A stretch of 64,000 nt of DNA from Gammaproteobacteria bacterium (GTDB taxonomy: Bacteria > Pseudomonadota > Gammaproteobacteria > CAJXQU01), in NCBI GenBank assembly GCA_965238175.1, contig CBDEGZ010000003.1:512001-576000 (forward strand), in the 5' to 3' direction. The notes beneath the pieces were generated by a model. The model was not told the DNA's origin. It made no database searches and was given only the letters and a program-made list of their open reading frames with translations. How positions within the stretch are numbered: the first letter of the stretch is position 1; each line of letters begins with the position of its first letter. A program made the translations under genes and the position numbers. This document shows positions 53,829 through 62,635 of the stretch, piece after piece.

Positions 53829-54898
53829 GCAGCTTGCGGGTTAAATTTTCTGCCACCACGAGGCCATGCAGAGATCAATGCATTTACCAAAGTGGCTAAT
53901 GGAATGGCAAAGAATACACCCCAAAATCCCCAAAGCCCACCAAAAACTAAAACGGCCACTATAATCGCGATGGGGTGTAAATTGACTGCTTCAGAAAATA
54001 ACAACGGTACGAGTATGTTCCCATCCAGTACCTGGATTATTCCATAAGCCAAAATGATCCAACCAAAATCTGTTCCCCAACCTAGTTGGATATATGCAGC
54101 AATGGCAACAGGAATAGTGGCAACAGTGGCGCCAATATAAGGAATGATCACAGATAATCCGACCAAGGCAGAAAGTAGCACCGCATATTTCAGGCCCATA
54201 AATGAAAACACGGTGAAAGTGATGCTACCAACGATCAAAATCTCATAAAATTTACCGCGAACATAGTTACCTATTTGTCCATCCATTTCTTGCCATACGT
54301 GTTCCAGTAAAGGGCGTTCTTCAGGTAAGATATCTGAAAGCCAACCGGTGATCACATGTTTGTCTTTAAGGAAGAAGAAAACCAGGACTGGCCCCAAAAC
54401 CAGGTAGACGAGAACCGTGATCAATCTTGGAATAGATTCAAAGGATAAAGATAAGACGGTTTGTCCAAAATCTGTAATGCCAGAACGGACAACCTGCACT
54501 AATTCCAAAACTTGTTCTTCCGTCATCAACTGAGGATACTTTTCGGGAAGCTGGAGTATTAGTTGCTGCCAGTCATTGAGAATATTGGGTAATTGTTGCA
54601 CGAGCTCTGTCAGCTGTCGTGATAGTAATGGCAATAAACCGAGAATAATAATCAACATAAAGGTCAGAAACAGCAGGAAAATGATGGTAACAGCTAAAAG
54701 CCTCGGAACACGAAAGTGGATGAGATACTGAACGCTACCTTCTAGCAAATAAGCAATGACAATTGCAGCTAAAACGGGAGCAAGCATGTGCCCCATAAAG
54801 ATCACGATGGTAAAACCGAGGATCAGCATTACAGCCAATAACACCGCCTGCGGATCGGAGAAGTAACGTCTATACCATTCAGTAAAAAAACGGATCAT
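53825..54898 (-). CDS. perM: AI-2E family transporter PerM
   Basis: RYFSDPQ, NYVRGK, LDGNILVPLLFSEAVNLHP. Confidence 0.9.
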   Translation of the reverse strand: MIRFFTEWYRRYFSDPQAVLLAVMLILGFTIVIFMGHMLAPVLAAIVIAYLLEGSVQYLIHFRVPRLLAVTIIFLLFLTFMLIIILGLLPLLSRQLTELVQQLPNILNDWQQLILQLPEKYPQLMTEEQVLELVQVVRSGITDFGQTVLSLSFESIPRLITVLVYLVLGPVLVFFFLKDKHVITGWLSDILPEERPLLEHVWQEMDGQIGNYVRGKFYEILIVGSITFTVFSFMGLKYAVLLSALVGLSVIIPYIGATVATIPVAIAAYIQLGWGTDFGWIILAYGIIQVLDGNILVPLLFSEAVNLHPIAIIVAVLVFGGLWGFWGVFFAIPLATLVNALISAWPRGGRKFNPQAA

Positions 54899-54981
54899 GT
54901 ATTATTGAGCTTCTGTGTAAACGCATTCATTATATAGCATAGTCATTAAGGGTTAAGAGAAAAGATTCATAAGGGTAAATT

Positions 54982-55791
54982 ATGTCCTGGTGGGGAAAGG
55001 TTTTAGGGGGAATATTCGGCTATCTGGTCAATGGGCCATTCACAGCATTATTAGGTGTGTTGTTAGGCCATGCGCTTGATACGCTAGGTTCGCGCAACAA
55101 AGTGAAATCAGTCCAACGTAAGAAAACAATTTCTGCACATGCTGCGCAGGCAATCTATTTTTCAACTACTTTCTCGATTATGGGACATGTCAGCAAAGCC
55201 GATGGACATGTTTCTGCAGAAGAGATCCGCGTTGCAACTCAAGTCATGGATCGTATGGATCTAACAAAACCTCAACGAGAAAAGGCCATTAGTTTATTCA
55301 ACGAAGGTAAAAGTGCCAACTTTCCTATTGAGCAATTACTGAAAAAACTATGTAACTCCTGTATTTCTCAAAAGAACTTACTGCGGATGTTTATGGAAAT
55401 CCAGATTATGGCGGCGATGGCTGATGGTGATTTATCGCAAATAGAGCGTCGGTTATTGTTACAAATTTCTGAACGTTTAGGCATCATGCGTATGGAATAC
55501 CAGCGCATTGAAGATCGTGTGCGGATTACGATGAAACTTGCAGACAAAGGTGACCCGGGCGAGATAACACATAGCGAAAAGACTATTACGGATGCTTATA
55601 CCTATTTGGGACTCAAAAAAAATGACACTGATCGTGAGGTGAAAAAAGCCTATAGAAAATTACTCAGCCAACATCATCCAGACAAGTTGATCTCAAAAGG
55701 GCTGCCAGAAGAAATGTTAAAGTTGGCCGCGCACAAAACCCACGAAATTAGACAAGCCTACGAAGTAATTTGTGCCGCCCGTGGTATTTGA
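54982..55791 (+). CDS. djlA: DnaJ-like membrane co-chaperone DjlA
   Basis: WWGK N-terminus, TerB-like KADG, J domain with HHPDKL. Confidence 0.92.
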   Translation: MSWWGKVLGGIFGYLVNGPFTALLGVLLGHALDTLGSRNKVKSVQRKKTISAHAAQAIYFSTTFSIMGHVSKADGHVSAEEIRVATQVMDRMDLTKPQREKAISLFNEGKSANFPIEQLLKKLCNSCISQKNLLRMFMEIQIMAAMADGDLSQIERRLLLQISERLGIMRMEYQRIEDRVRITMKLADKGDPGEITHSEKTITDAYTYLGLKKNDTDREVKKAYRKLLSQHHPDKLISKGLPEEMLKLAAHKTHEIRQAYEVICAARGI

Positions 55792-56881
55792 TAAAAGGGA
55801 TAATCAGCAGTTTGTTCATGAAACTCCAGATTATGAGATTCTGGCCTCACTGATCAAATCTTGGGCAAATGAACTTGGTTTTCAACAGGCTGGGATCACT
55901 GGAATTGATCTAAAACAAGATGAAGCATGGCTGCTCGAATGGTTGGAAAAAGAACGGCATGGCAAAATGGAATACATGCAACGACATGGAACGCGACGTT
56001 CGCGTCCAGCCGATCTTGAACAAGGAACGCTCCGTGTTATTTCTGTGCGAATGGATTATTTTCCGGGCGCTGCTGCAAATGCGGAAAACATTCTAGATCA
56101 AACAGACAAAGCCTATGTTTCCCGTTATGCACTTGGCCGCGACTATCACAAACTACTTCGAAAGCGATTGCAGAAACTAGCTGATAAAATTGAACAAGTT
56201 ACGGGTAAATTCGGCTACCGTGTTTTTGTTGACAGCGCCCCAGTTTTAGAAAAAGCACTCGCAAGAAATTCAGGTCTAGGCTGGATTGGAAAACATACTA
56301 ATCTAATCAACAGGCATGCAGGCTCCTGGTTTTTTCTCGGTGAAATTTATACAGATCTGCCCTTGCCTAAAGATCCTGTTTACAAAGAAAATTATTGCGG
56401 AACTTGTTCTGCTTGTATTGATATTTGCCCAACACAAGCGATTGTTGCACCCTTTCAGGTTGATGCTCGGCGTTGTATTTCTTATTTGACAATAGAGCTT
56501 CGTACTTCTATTCCAGAAGAATTCAGAAAAATGATCGGCAATAGAATTTATGGTTGTGATGATTGCCAGCTTGTTTGTCCTTGGAACAAATATGCTGTGC
56601 CGACCAGTGAAGTCGACTTTGCAGTGAGGAATGATCTAGATGCACCCGATTTGATCAGCCTTTTTAACTGGACCGAAAAAGAGTTTTTGAAAAAAACCGA
56701 AGGTTCAGCAATAAGACGGATTGGTTATGAAAGTTGGCTCCGAAATATTGCTATCGCGTTAGGTAATTCCGAGCTATCTGAAAAGGTATTAAATTCATTG
56801 AAGAAACGTCAAGCACACCAATCGGAACTTGTCCGAGAACATGTAGCATGGGCAATAAAAAATCTCTCTAAGACGACTTAA
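55772..56881 (+). CDS. queG: Epoxyqueuosine reductase
   Basis: SRYALGRDYH, VDSAPVLEK, CGTCSACIDICPT, YGCDDCQLVCPWN. Start codon uncertain. Confidence 0.95.
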   Translation: MPPVVFDKRDNQQFVHETPDYEILASLIKSWANELGFQQAGITGIDLKQDEAWLLEWLEKERHGKMEYMQRHGTRRSRPADLEQGTLRVISVRMDYFPGAAANAENILDQTDKAYVSRYALGRDYHKLLRKRLQKLADKIEQVTGKFGYRVFVDSAPVLEKALARNSGLGWIGKHTNLINRHAGSWFFLGEIYTDLPLPKDPVYKENYCGTCSACIDICPTQAIVAPFQVDARRCISYLTIELRTSIPEEFRKMIGNRIYGCDDCQLVCPWNKYAVPTSEVDFAVRNDLDAPDLISLFNWTEKEFLKKTEGSAIRRIGYESWLRNIAIALGNSELSEKVLNSLKKRQAHQSELVREHVAWAIKNLSKTT

Positions 56882-56884
56882 ACA

Positions 56885-57655
56885 ATGGCAGATCTAAATC
56901 GACGTTTAGGTGGTATTAGTCGACTATATGGTGAAAAAGCTTACCAAAACTTCCTCCGTTCACATGTTTGTGTGATAGGCGTTGGTGGTGTTGGATCGTG
57001 GGCAGCTGAAGCACTAGCGCGTAGCGGGGTTGGTGAGATAACTTTGATCGATCTGGATAACGTAGTCGAATCTAATGTGAATCGCCAGATCCATGCACTG
57101 GACGGTGAGTTTGGAAAAGCAAAGATTACGGCTATGCGAGAACGCATATTTTTGATCAACCCAGAGTGCAAAGTGAATGAAATTGAAGATTTTGTAACCA
57201 TTGAAAATTTTCCAGAAATATTTGATCAGAATTATGATTTTATTATTGATTGTATAGATAACTTTCGTACCAAAGCGGCACTCATTGCTTACTGCAAGCG
57301 CAATAAATACAAATTGATTACAATTGGTGGCGCTGGAGGGCAAGTTGATCCAACACAGGTCAAAATCTCAGATCTAAGCAAGACGGAGCATGATGGTTTA
57401 CTTTCTCAAGTCCGAAAACTATTAAGAGCTGAGTATGGTTTTTCGCGAAACTTAAAACGTCGATTTTATATTCCTTGTGTTTATTCTGAAGAACAACTTG
57501 TTTATCCAACATCAGATGGCAAAATATGCGCTCAAAAACCTGGTGATGCAAATGCCAGTGGGCTCAATTGTGAGAGTGGTTTTGGATCCGCAATGACAGT
57601 GACTGCAACTTTCGGCATGGCGGCAGTTTCGTACGTGCTTAGAAAATTATCCTAA
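56885..57655 (+). CDS. tcdA: tRNA threonylcarbamoyladenosine dehydratase
   Basis: GVGGVGSW, SNVNRQ, GGAGG.VDPT, VYSEE, VTATFG. Confidence 0.92.
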   Translation: MADLNRRLGGISRLYGEKAYQNFLRSHVCVIGVGGVGSWAAEALARSGVGEITLIDLDNVVESNVNRQIHALDGEFGKAKITAMRERIFLINPECKVNEIEDFVTIENFPEIFDQNYDFIIDCIDNFRTKAALIAYCKRNKYKLITIGGAGGQVDPTQVKISDLSKTEHDGLLSQVRKLLRAEYGFSRNLKRRFYIPCVYSEEQLVYPTSDGKICAQKPGDANASGLNCESGFGSAMTVTATFGMAAVSYVLRKLS

Positions 57656-57699
57656 CTTAGCAGACCAGGATTAGTTTTCTGTTATAAATATAAATCCTT

Positions 57700-57936
57700 A
57701 TTTATACTTGTTGGGAATAGCTGTTAAAATCACCAACTACCATCGTCGTTCAAGCTAACTTTGTCAAAGGTAAAGTTGTTTTGTCCTATCAGTTTATTGG
57801 CTTGAGAGCGTTTTAAAGATAAGCAATTAAAACTTGAAAAGAAAGATTGGACACGCACCTTTAAACACATACAACAGTTGATGATGAAGCCAGTGTATGT
57901 TTAAATCCATTCGCCTTTTCGTGGGTGAGCCCTCAG
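57700..57936 (+). mobile_element. IS4 (IS10-group) right-end remnant
   Basis: Broken QAN..K.KVVLSYQFIG...LEKKDWTRTFKHIQQLM, ending in TTCGTGGGTGAGCCCTCAG. Confidence 0.6.
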
Positions 57937-58217
57937 TATCTGAGCCTATCAACTTACACTATTGATTATTGGTGTTCATACAATAATACTTAGATATTAG
58001 ACTCAATAATACTTCAGTATTGTATTTTTCTTTCTACTATTACCTTACTATAACCTACATGAAAACACTTCTCGCATAAATTATTTATTGAGAGGTATTA
58101 TTTTTCATTTCTAATGAAATTAGAATTTTTACAGAGCTTTATACCAAAGGCAGTCAAGAAGACCGTCTAAACAGATGAGCAATCACTGTTAATTATAATA
58201 ATCAAAATAAGAAAAGG

Positions 58218-60074
58218 ATGTCGAACATGAATATAACGTTTGGAAAACCGAATACATATACACCCCTTGCCAATAAACCAGCATCTTTTGGGCAGAACAC
58301 TCCTGCAACTACTTCAAAATCAAGTTTTAAGCCAGGATTTGGTACTGTGACGAGTCCTGCTGCAAGGCAAACGGCGAGTTCTACTGAAAGAAGCCATGTC
58401 CCGGTTCGCTATCAACAGCAGCCCCAGTCCTCGGCCACCCCCCCGCAAAATCCTGACATCTCTCGTTTGCTTGCTGACATCTCTCAAACGATAACACTTC
58501 TTGAAAATACATTGCGTGGTGCAGTTAATCAACTTCAGAGACCTCAGGCTAATCAACTTCAGAGACCTCAGGCTAATCAACTTCAGAGACCTCAGGCTAA
58601 TCAACTTCAGAGACCTCAGGCTAATCAACTTCAGAGACCTCAGGCTAATCAACTTCAGAGACCTCAGGCTAATCAACTTCAGAGACCTCAGGCTAATCAA
58701 CTTCAGAGACCTCAGGCTAATCAACTTCAGAGACCTCAGGCTAATCAACTTCAGAGACCTCAGGCTAATCAACTTCAGAGACCTCAGGCTAATCAACTTC
58801 AGAGACCTCAGGTTAATCAACTTCAGAGACCTCAGGCTAATGATCAAACACGTCATGGCGGGCCGCAACTTCGTGCTGCAAGCCAATTTGCAAATCAATT
58901 GGGAAGTGTTGCTCAACAGCTCCCTGGTGCGCTTAGTCAGGTTGCTCCATTGTTCTCGGCTGGAGGAGATCTGATTTCTGCAATTGCACCCGTAACATCG
59001 CAAATTGCAAGTTTAGTAGCTTCTGCTCCCTCTTATGGACTCATTCCAGACCCTGTAAGCACGCTTGGAAGTTGGTTAAATTTTGCGCAAGGAAAAGGTG
59101 CGGGCCAGATTGCAAATTCCTGGGTTGGCGGCTATTTTGGCTCTAAGGGAGATGATAAAATTTCAACTACTTCGTTAGTCAGTTTTGCCTTTGGTGGTGA
59201 AGGGAATGACACTATTAAGGGTGGATTAGGATTTTTGCTCGCTAGTGGTGGTCCTGGAGATGATAAACTCACTGGAGGAATAGGTATCGGTAATGTATTA
59301 CTTGGTGGTAAAGGAAATGACACCCTTAAGGGTGGAACCGCGTTATTTAACGCATCCTTTGGAGGTCCTGGCAACGACACGCTTACAGGCGGCACTTCAC
59401 TTTTTGGATATGCAGATGGCGGACCCGGCAATGACGTCGTTAAAGGCGGCTTTGGACTGTTAGGCTCTATCGCCAAAGGTGGTCCCGGAGATGACAAAGT
59501 CACAGGTGGCTCATCAATATTCGGCAGCGGTGCCTATGGCGGGCCTGGTAATGATACCGTCAAGGGTGGTTTTGGACTATTTCATTCAGGTGCTCATGGG
59601 GGTGCTGGTAATGATCATGTGACTGGTGGTTCCTCTTTATTCCACAGTATTGCAACCGGTGGTGCAGGTAATGACCGTGTTATCGGAGGTTCGGGTTTGT
59701 TTACTCATGCCAGCGGCGGCGATGGGAATGACTATGTGACATCAGGACGGGGCAAAAATAACTCGGCAGACGGTAATAAAGGAAATGACATTGTTGAATC
59801 CTCCGGTCGTGGGAAAAACCAAAAAATTGTAGGCGGGGACGGTAATGATTTCCTAATTTCCCGGTCCGGCAAGGAAAAAGTTGATGGTGGTAAGGGCTTT
59901 GATGTACTCTATCTCCCTGGTGAGAAGCATGAATATTACATCATACAAAATGAAAAAGGTGAGTTGGAAATCTCAAAGTACAAGGAAGATGGCACTCCGG
60001 GTAAAAGACAAATGACAGCGAAAAATGTCGAAGCTGTTAGGTTTGGTAGTGAAAAAATACCCGTTGGGAAGTAG
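58218..60074 (+). CDS. RTX-repeat (Ca-binding beta-roll) protein with low-complexity N-terminus and coding VNTR
   Basis: About 14 GGxGxD-type nonamers at aa ~308-565, T1SS-like C-terminus (KNVEAVRF), no Sec signal, adjacent to a toxin-activating acyltransferase. Confidence 0.85.
   Translation: MSNMNITFGKPNTYTPLANKPASFGQNTPATTSKSSFKPGFGTVTSPAARQTASSTERSHVPVRYQQQPQSSATPPQNPDISRLLADISQTITLLENTLRGAVNQLQRPQANQLQRPQANQLQRPQANQLQRPQANQLQRPQANQLQRPQANQLQRPQANQLQRPQANQLQRPQANQLQRPQANQLQRPQANQLQRPQVNQLQRPQANDQTRHGGPQLRAASQFANQLGSVAQQLPGALSQVAPLFSAGGDLISAIAPVTSQIASLVASAPSYGLIPDPVSTLGSWLNFAQGKGAGQIANSWVGGYFGSKGDDKISTTSLVSFAFGGEGNDTIKGGLGFLLASGGPGDDKLTGGIGIGNVLLGGKGNDTLKGGTALFNASFGGPGNDTLTGGTSLFGYADGGPGNDVVKGGFGLLGSIAKGGPGDDKVTGGSSIFGSGAYGGPGNDTVKGGFGLFHSGAHGGAGNDHVTGGSSLFHSIATGGAGNDRVIGGSGLFTHASGGDGNDYVTSGRGKNNSADGNKGNDIVESSGRGKNQKIVGGDGNDFLISRSGKEKVDGGKGFDVLYLPGEKHEYYIIQNEKGELEISKYKEDGTPGKRQMTAKNVEAVRFGSEKIPVGK
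58524..58835 (+). repeat. 13 x 24-bp tandem repeat G(C/T)TAATCAACTTCAGAGACCTCAG encoding (A/V)NQLQRPQ
   Basis: Counted directly; only copies 1 and 13 differ (GTT instead of GCT). Confidence 0.97.
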
Positions 60075-60082
60075 ACCTGATC

Positions 60083-60541
60083 ATGTCAATAGATGCAGAT
60101 AAATTAAACAGCCTTGTTTATGAGACTGTCGGTCAATTAGTATCACTCTTGGCCCACTCTCCTATGCATCGGCATTTTTCGGTGGTAGATATTACGGATT
60201 TGATTATGCCAGCAATTATCTTGGGGCAGTACCGGGTGTTTAGAAACGAGCATGGAAGTGCAATAGGCTTTGTTTGTTGGGGTTTTCTATCTGACGCAGC
60301 AAAGCAGAAATTTATCGGTTGCCAAGATATCTTGAGTTTTGAGGAATGGAACAGTGGCAAACATGTGTTTGTCACCGATTTCATCGCTCCATTCGGTCAT
60401 GCAAAAGAGATCGTTAAACAGCTTAAATGTGACATATTCCCGGACGATGTGGTTAGTGCTTTAAGATATGAATCCGTCGGAAGCCCTCGCCCACAAGTGT
60501 CCACTTTCTACGGAAAAAATGTAAAACATGGTAGGAATTGA
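60083..60541 (+). CDS. RTX toxin-activating lysine acyltransferase (HlyC/RtxC family)
   Basis: SPMH (catalytic Ser/His), PAI..GQY, GFVCW, WNSG, DFIAPFGH (catalytic Asp). Confidence 0.9.
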   Translation: MSIDADKLNSLVYETVGQLVSLLAHSPMHRHFSVVDITDLIMPAIILGQYRVFRNEHGSAIGFVCWGFLSDAAKQKFIGCQDILSFEEWNSGKHVFVTDFIAPFGHAKEIVKQLKCDIFPDDVVSALRYESVGSPRPQVSTFYGKNVKHGRN

Positions 60542-60546
60542 TCCAA

Positions 60547-60599
60547 CACTGCGGCTTACACCAAAACATGTATATCATATTCTGGTGTAAGCCGCAGTG
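60547..60599 (+). terminator. Long hairpin directly after the acyltransferase stop
   Basis: 17-bp perfect stem CACTGCGGCTTACACCA / TGGTGTAAGCCGCAGTG; no U tract. Confidence 0.5.
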
Positions 60600-60659
60600 C
60601 AATATTGGGTTACAGAAACAGTGGTACGGTTGTAGCGGAGGGAATCAATAGGGACAATG

Positions 60660-61727
60660 TGGTTTTACCCCATTCTTTCGGAGACTTAGTCAAGAGTTGT
60701 TTGATTAAATTCTTTCTCGTTTAATTGTCGTTGTTTTCTCTGATTATAGAATCGTTCAACGTAATCAAAAATATCTGCTCTGGCGACTGTCCGAGTCACA
60801 TAGCATCGTCGATTAACACGTTCCCGCTTCAGTAATCCAAAAAGCTTTCGGCCGCCGCATTATCGTCGCAACTTCCAACCGCACTCATGCTACTAACAAC
60901 ACCGTGTGTCTTTAAAAAATGCTGATATTCATGACTCGTATATTGCGAACCGCAATCGGAATGTAGGATAACAGAGCCCGTCTGTTGTTTTTGCCAAAGT
61001 GTCATTAACACCGCTTGGTTCACAAGCTGTTTCTCCATTCGTTGACTCATCGACCAACCAATGACTTTGCGTGAATATATCAATAATCACGGCTAAATAT
61101 AACCAACCTTCACCTGTGTGAACGTAGGCAACCGTTACCCATTTTATATCCGGTGACAACGATGTGAAGTCGCGGTCCAGATGATTAATGACATGCTCTG
61201 GTCGTTTAGACGACGTTCGTTTGCGCCATTGTTTGCTAGCAGGAATGCCGACAATGTCGGCAGACTTTACCAGTCGTGCAACTCTGTTGAGACGGCAAGT
61301 TTCACCCTGATAACGGAGTTCTTCCCAAATACGAGGGCTGCCATAAACCGCATCACTATCAGTGTGAATGGCTTTAATCTGTCGCATCAAACGGCTGTTA
61401 TCTTGTTGCCGCTTCTCGTAAAAAATCCCGTTCTTTTTTACCTGTTGAAGCTCACGTTTTAATTGGGACAATTCTTGTTCTCATGTATTGCCTTACCCTG
61501 GAAATGTGGTTTTGTTTGGCTCTGAAAATTGCTGCCGCTAACGAGACAACATGTTGGCATTGTTCCCTAAGTGATGAGCCACTTGTGTCAGAGAATTATC
61601 CGATTGATTTGTGAGTTTTACTGCTTCATGTTTGTATTCTTGACTGTACTTTGTTCGTTTGTCTATGCTTCTCCTCTGAGTGTATTATCACTCTTAATGA
61701 AGTCTCCGCTCAGTCGGGGGGGAACCA
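60660..61727 (-). mobile_element. Defective IS3-family element with both terminal IRs
   Basis: IRs TGGTT.......CGGAGACT at both ends. orfA has nonsense codons; orfB fragments YGSPRI, GEGWLYLA, HSDCGSQY, DNAAAES. Confidence 0.9.
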
Positions 61728-61776
61728 GGGTTTTGCCGCCGCCAATTTGAGTAGAGCAGGTTGCTTATACGTGTCT

Positions 61777-62319
61777 CTATTTGTCAGTAGATTTTTCATG
61801 CTTATGTCTTACAAGTAAACCAACTGATGCGAAAATTATCCCTGGAAGAAACACCCAAACTAATTCGGAAGCGATTACCCTGAGTCCCCACTCTGAGAAA
61901 AATGCTTTCACACCTATTGGTGATACTTGTATAGGTCTGTAGGGTAAGAAGATACGCCCAGGATCAAATGGCCAATATAATGCGACTCCAAGCCCGCCAT
62001 TTGTCATGCCATCTAACAGCGCATGGGATGCGCAAGCGATAAAGCAAATGGCAAAAATCATGCTTGGATGCGAGCGGAGTTGACGCCAAAAAAATGTGCA
62101 CACTATCGCTAACATTCCGGCAAAAAACAAAGAATGAGTGAACCCTCTGTGCCCCCATTGGGACTCGTAGGGAATTCCAAATTTAAAAGCAATGACATCA
62201 ATATCTGGGAATACTGACAAAATCGCTGCCAGTAAAAATAAGCGAACGTTAAAGTGTCTACTCTTTAGCGCAACATACGCTACCGCTGGAACGACTATAT
62301 GTGCAAAAGCTGATGCCAT
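61777..62319 (-). CDS. YdjM/YbcI-like inner-membrane metal-dependent hydrolase
   Basis: H, PDID, GHRGFTHS, SHALLD, GGLGV motifs. Confidence 0.88.
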   Translation of the reverse strand: MASAFAHIVVPAVAYVALKSRHFNVRLFLLAAILSVFPDIDVIAFKFGIPYESQWGHRGFTHSLFFAGMLAIVCTFFWRQLRSHPSMIFAICFIACASHALLDGMTNGGLGVALYWPFDPGRIFLPYRPIQVSPIGVKAFFSEWGLRVIASELVWVFLPGIIFASVGLLVRHKHEKSTDK

Positions 62320-62407
62320 GAATGATCCTTAATATTACATTTGACTACAATCGTTATCTACTACAAATGACGCCGGTAATATACTTCCAGAAACGCGTGA
62401 TTTATCA

Positions 62408-62635
62408 TCAACAAAACTCTCTATTAGTTTTCCATATATTTGCAAAAACATATCTAAAATATATGAATACGGGTGGCTCCCATTCAGACGCATGAAATTC
62501 ACGTGTAGTAACAACCATTAAAGTTTTATCGCATCTGTCTAACGTTTCGATAGCGGCTAAAATTGGTTTTTTGGATTTAATATTAGAATTAAAGACCGTA
62601 GTGTTAAAGCAAATATTTTTCCTAAATGCCTCCAT
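62408..62635 (-). pseudogene. Possible degenerate TIR-domain fragment
   Basis: AIETLDRCD...VVTTREFHASEW resembles the bacterial TIR pattern IExALxxCDxLxxxxTxxFHxSxW. Confidence 0.3.

Noticed and set aside
58524-58835. CRISPR array
   Set aside because: The repeats are head-to-tail with no spacers, lie in frame within a CDS, and no cas genes are present.
58320-59503. Overlapping ORFs 58320-59003(-), 58501-58974(+) and 59132-59503(-)
   Set aside because: Shadow frames kept open by the stop-free tandem repeat and Gly-rich codons.
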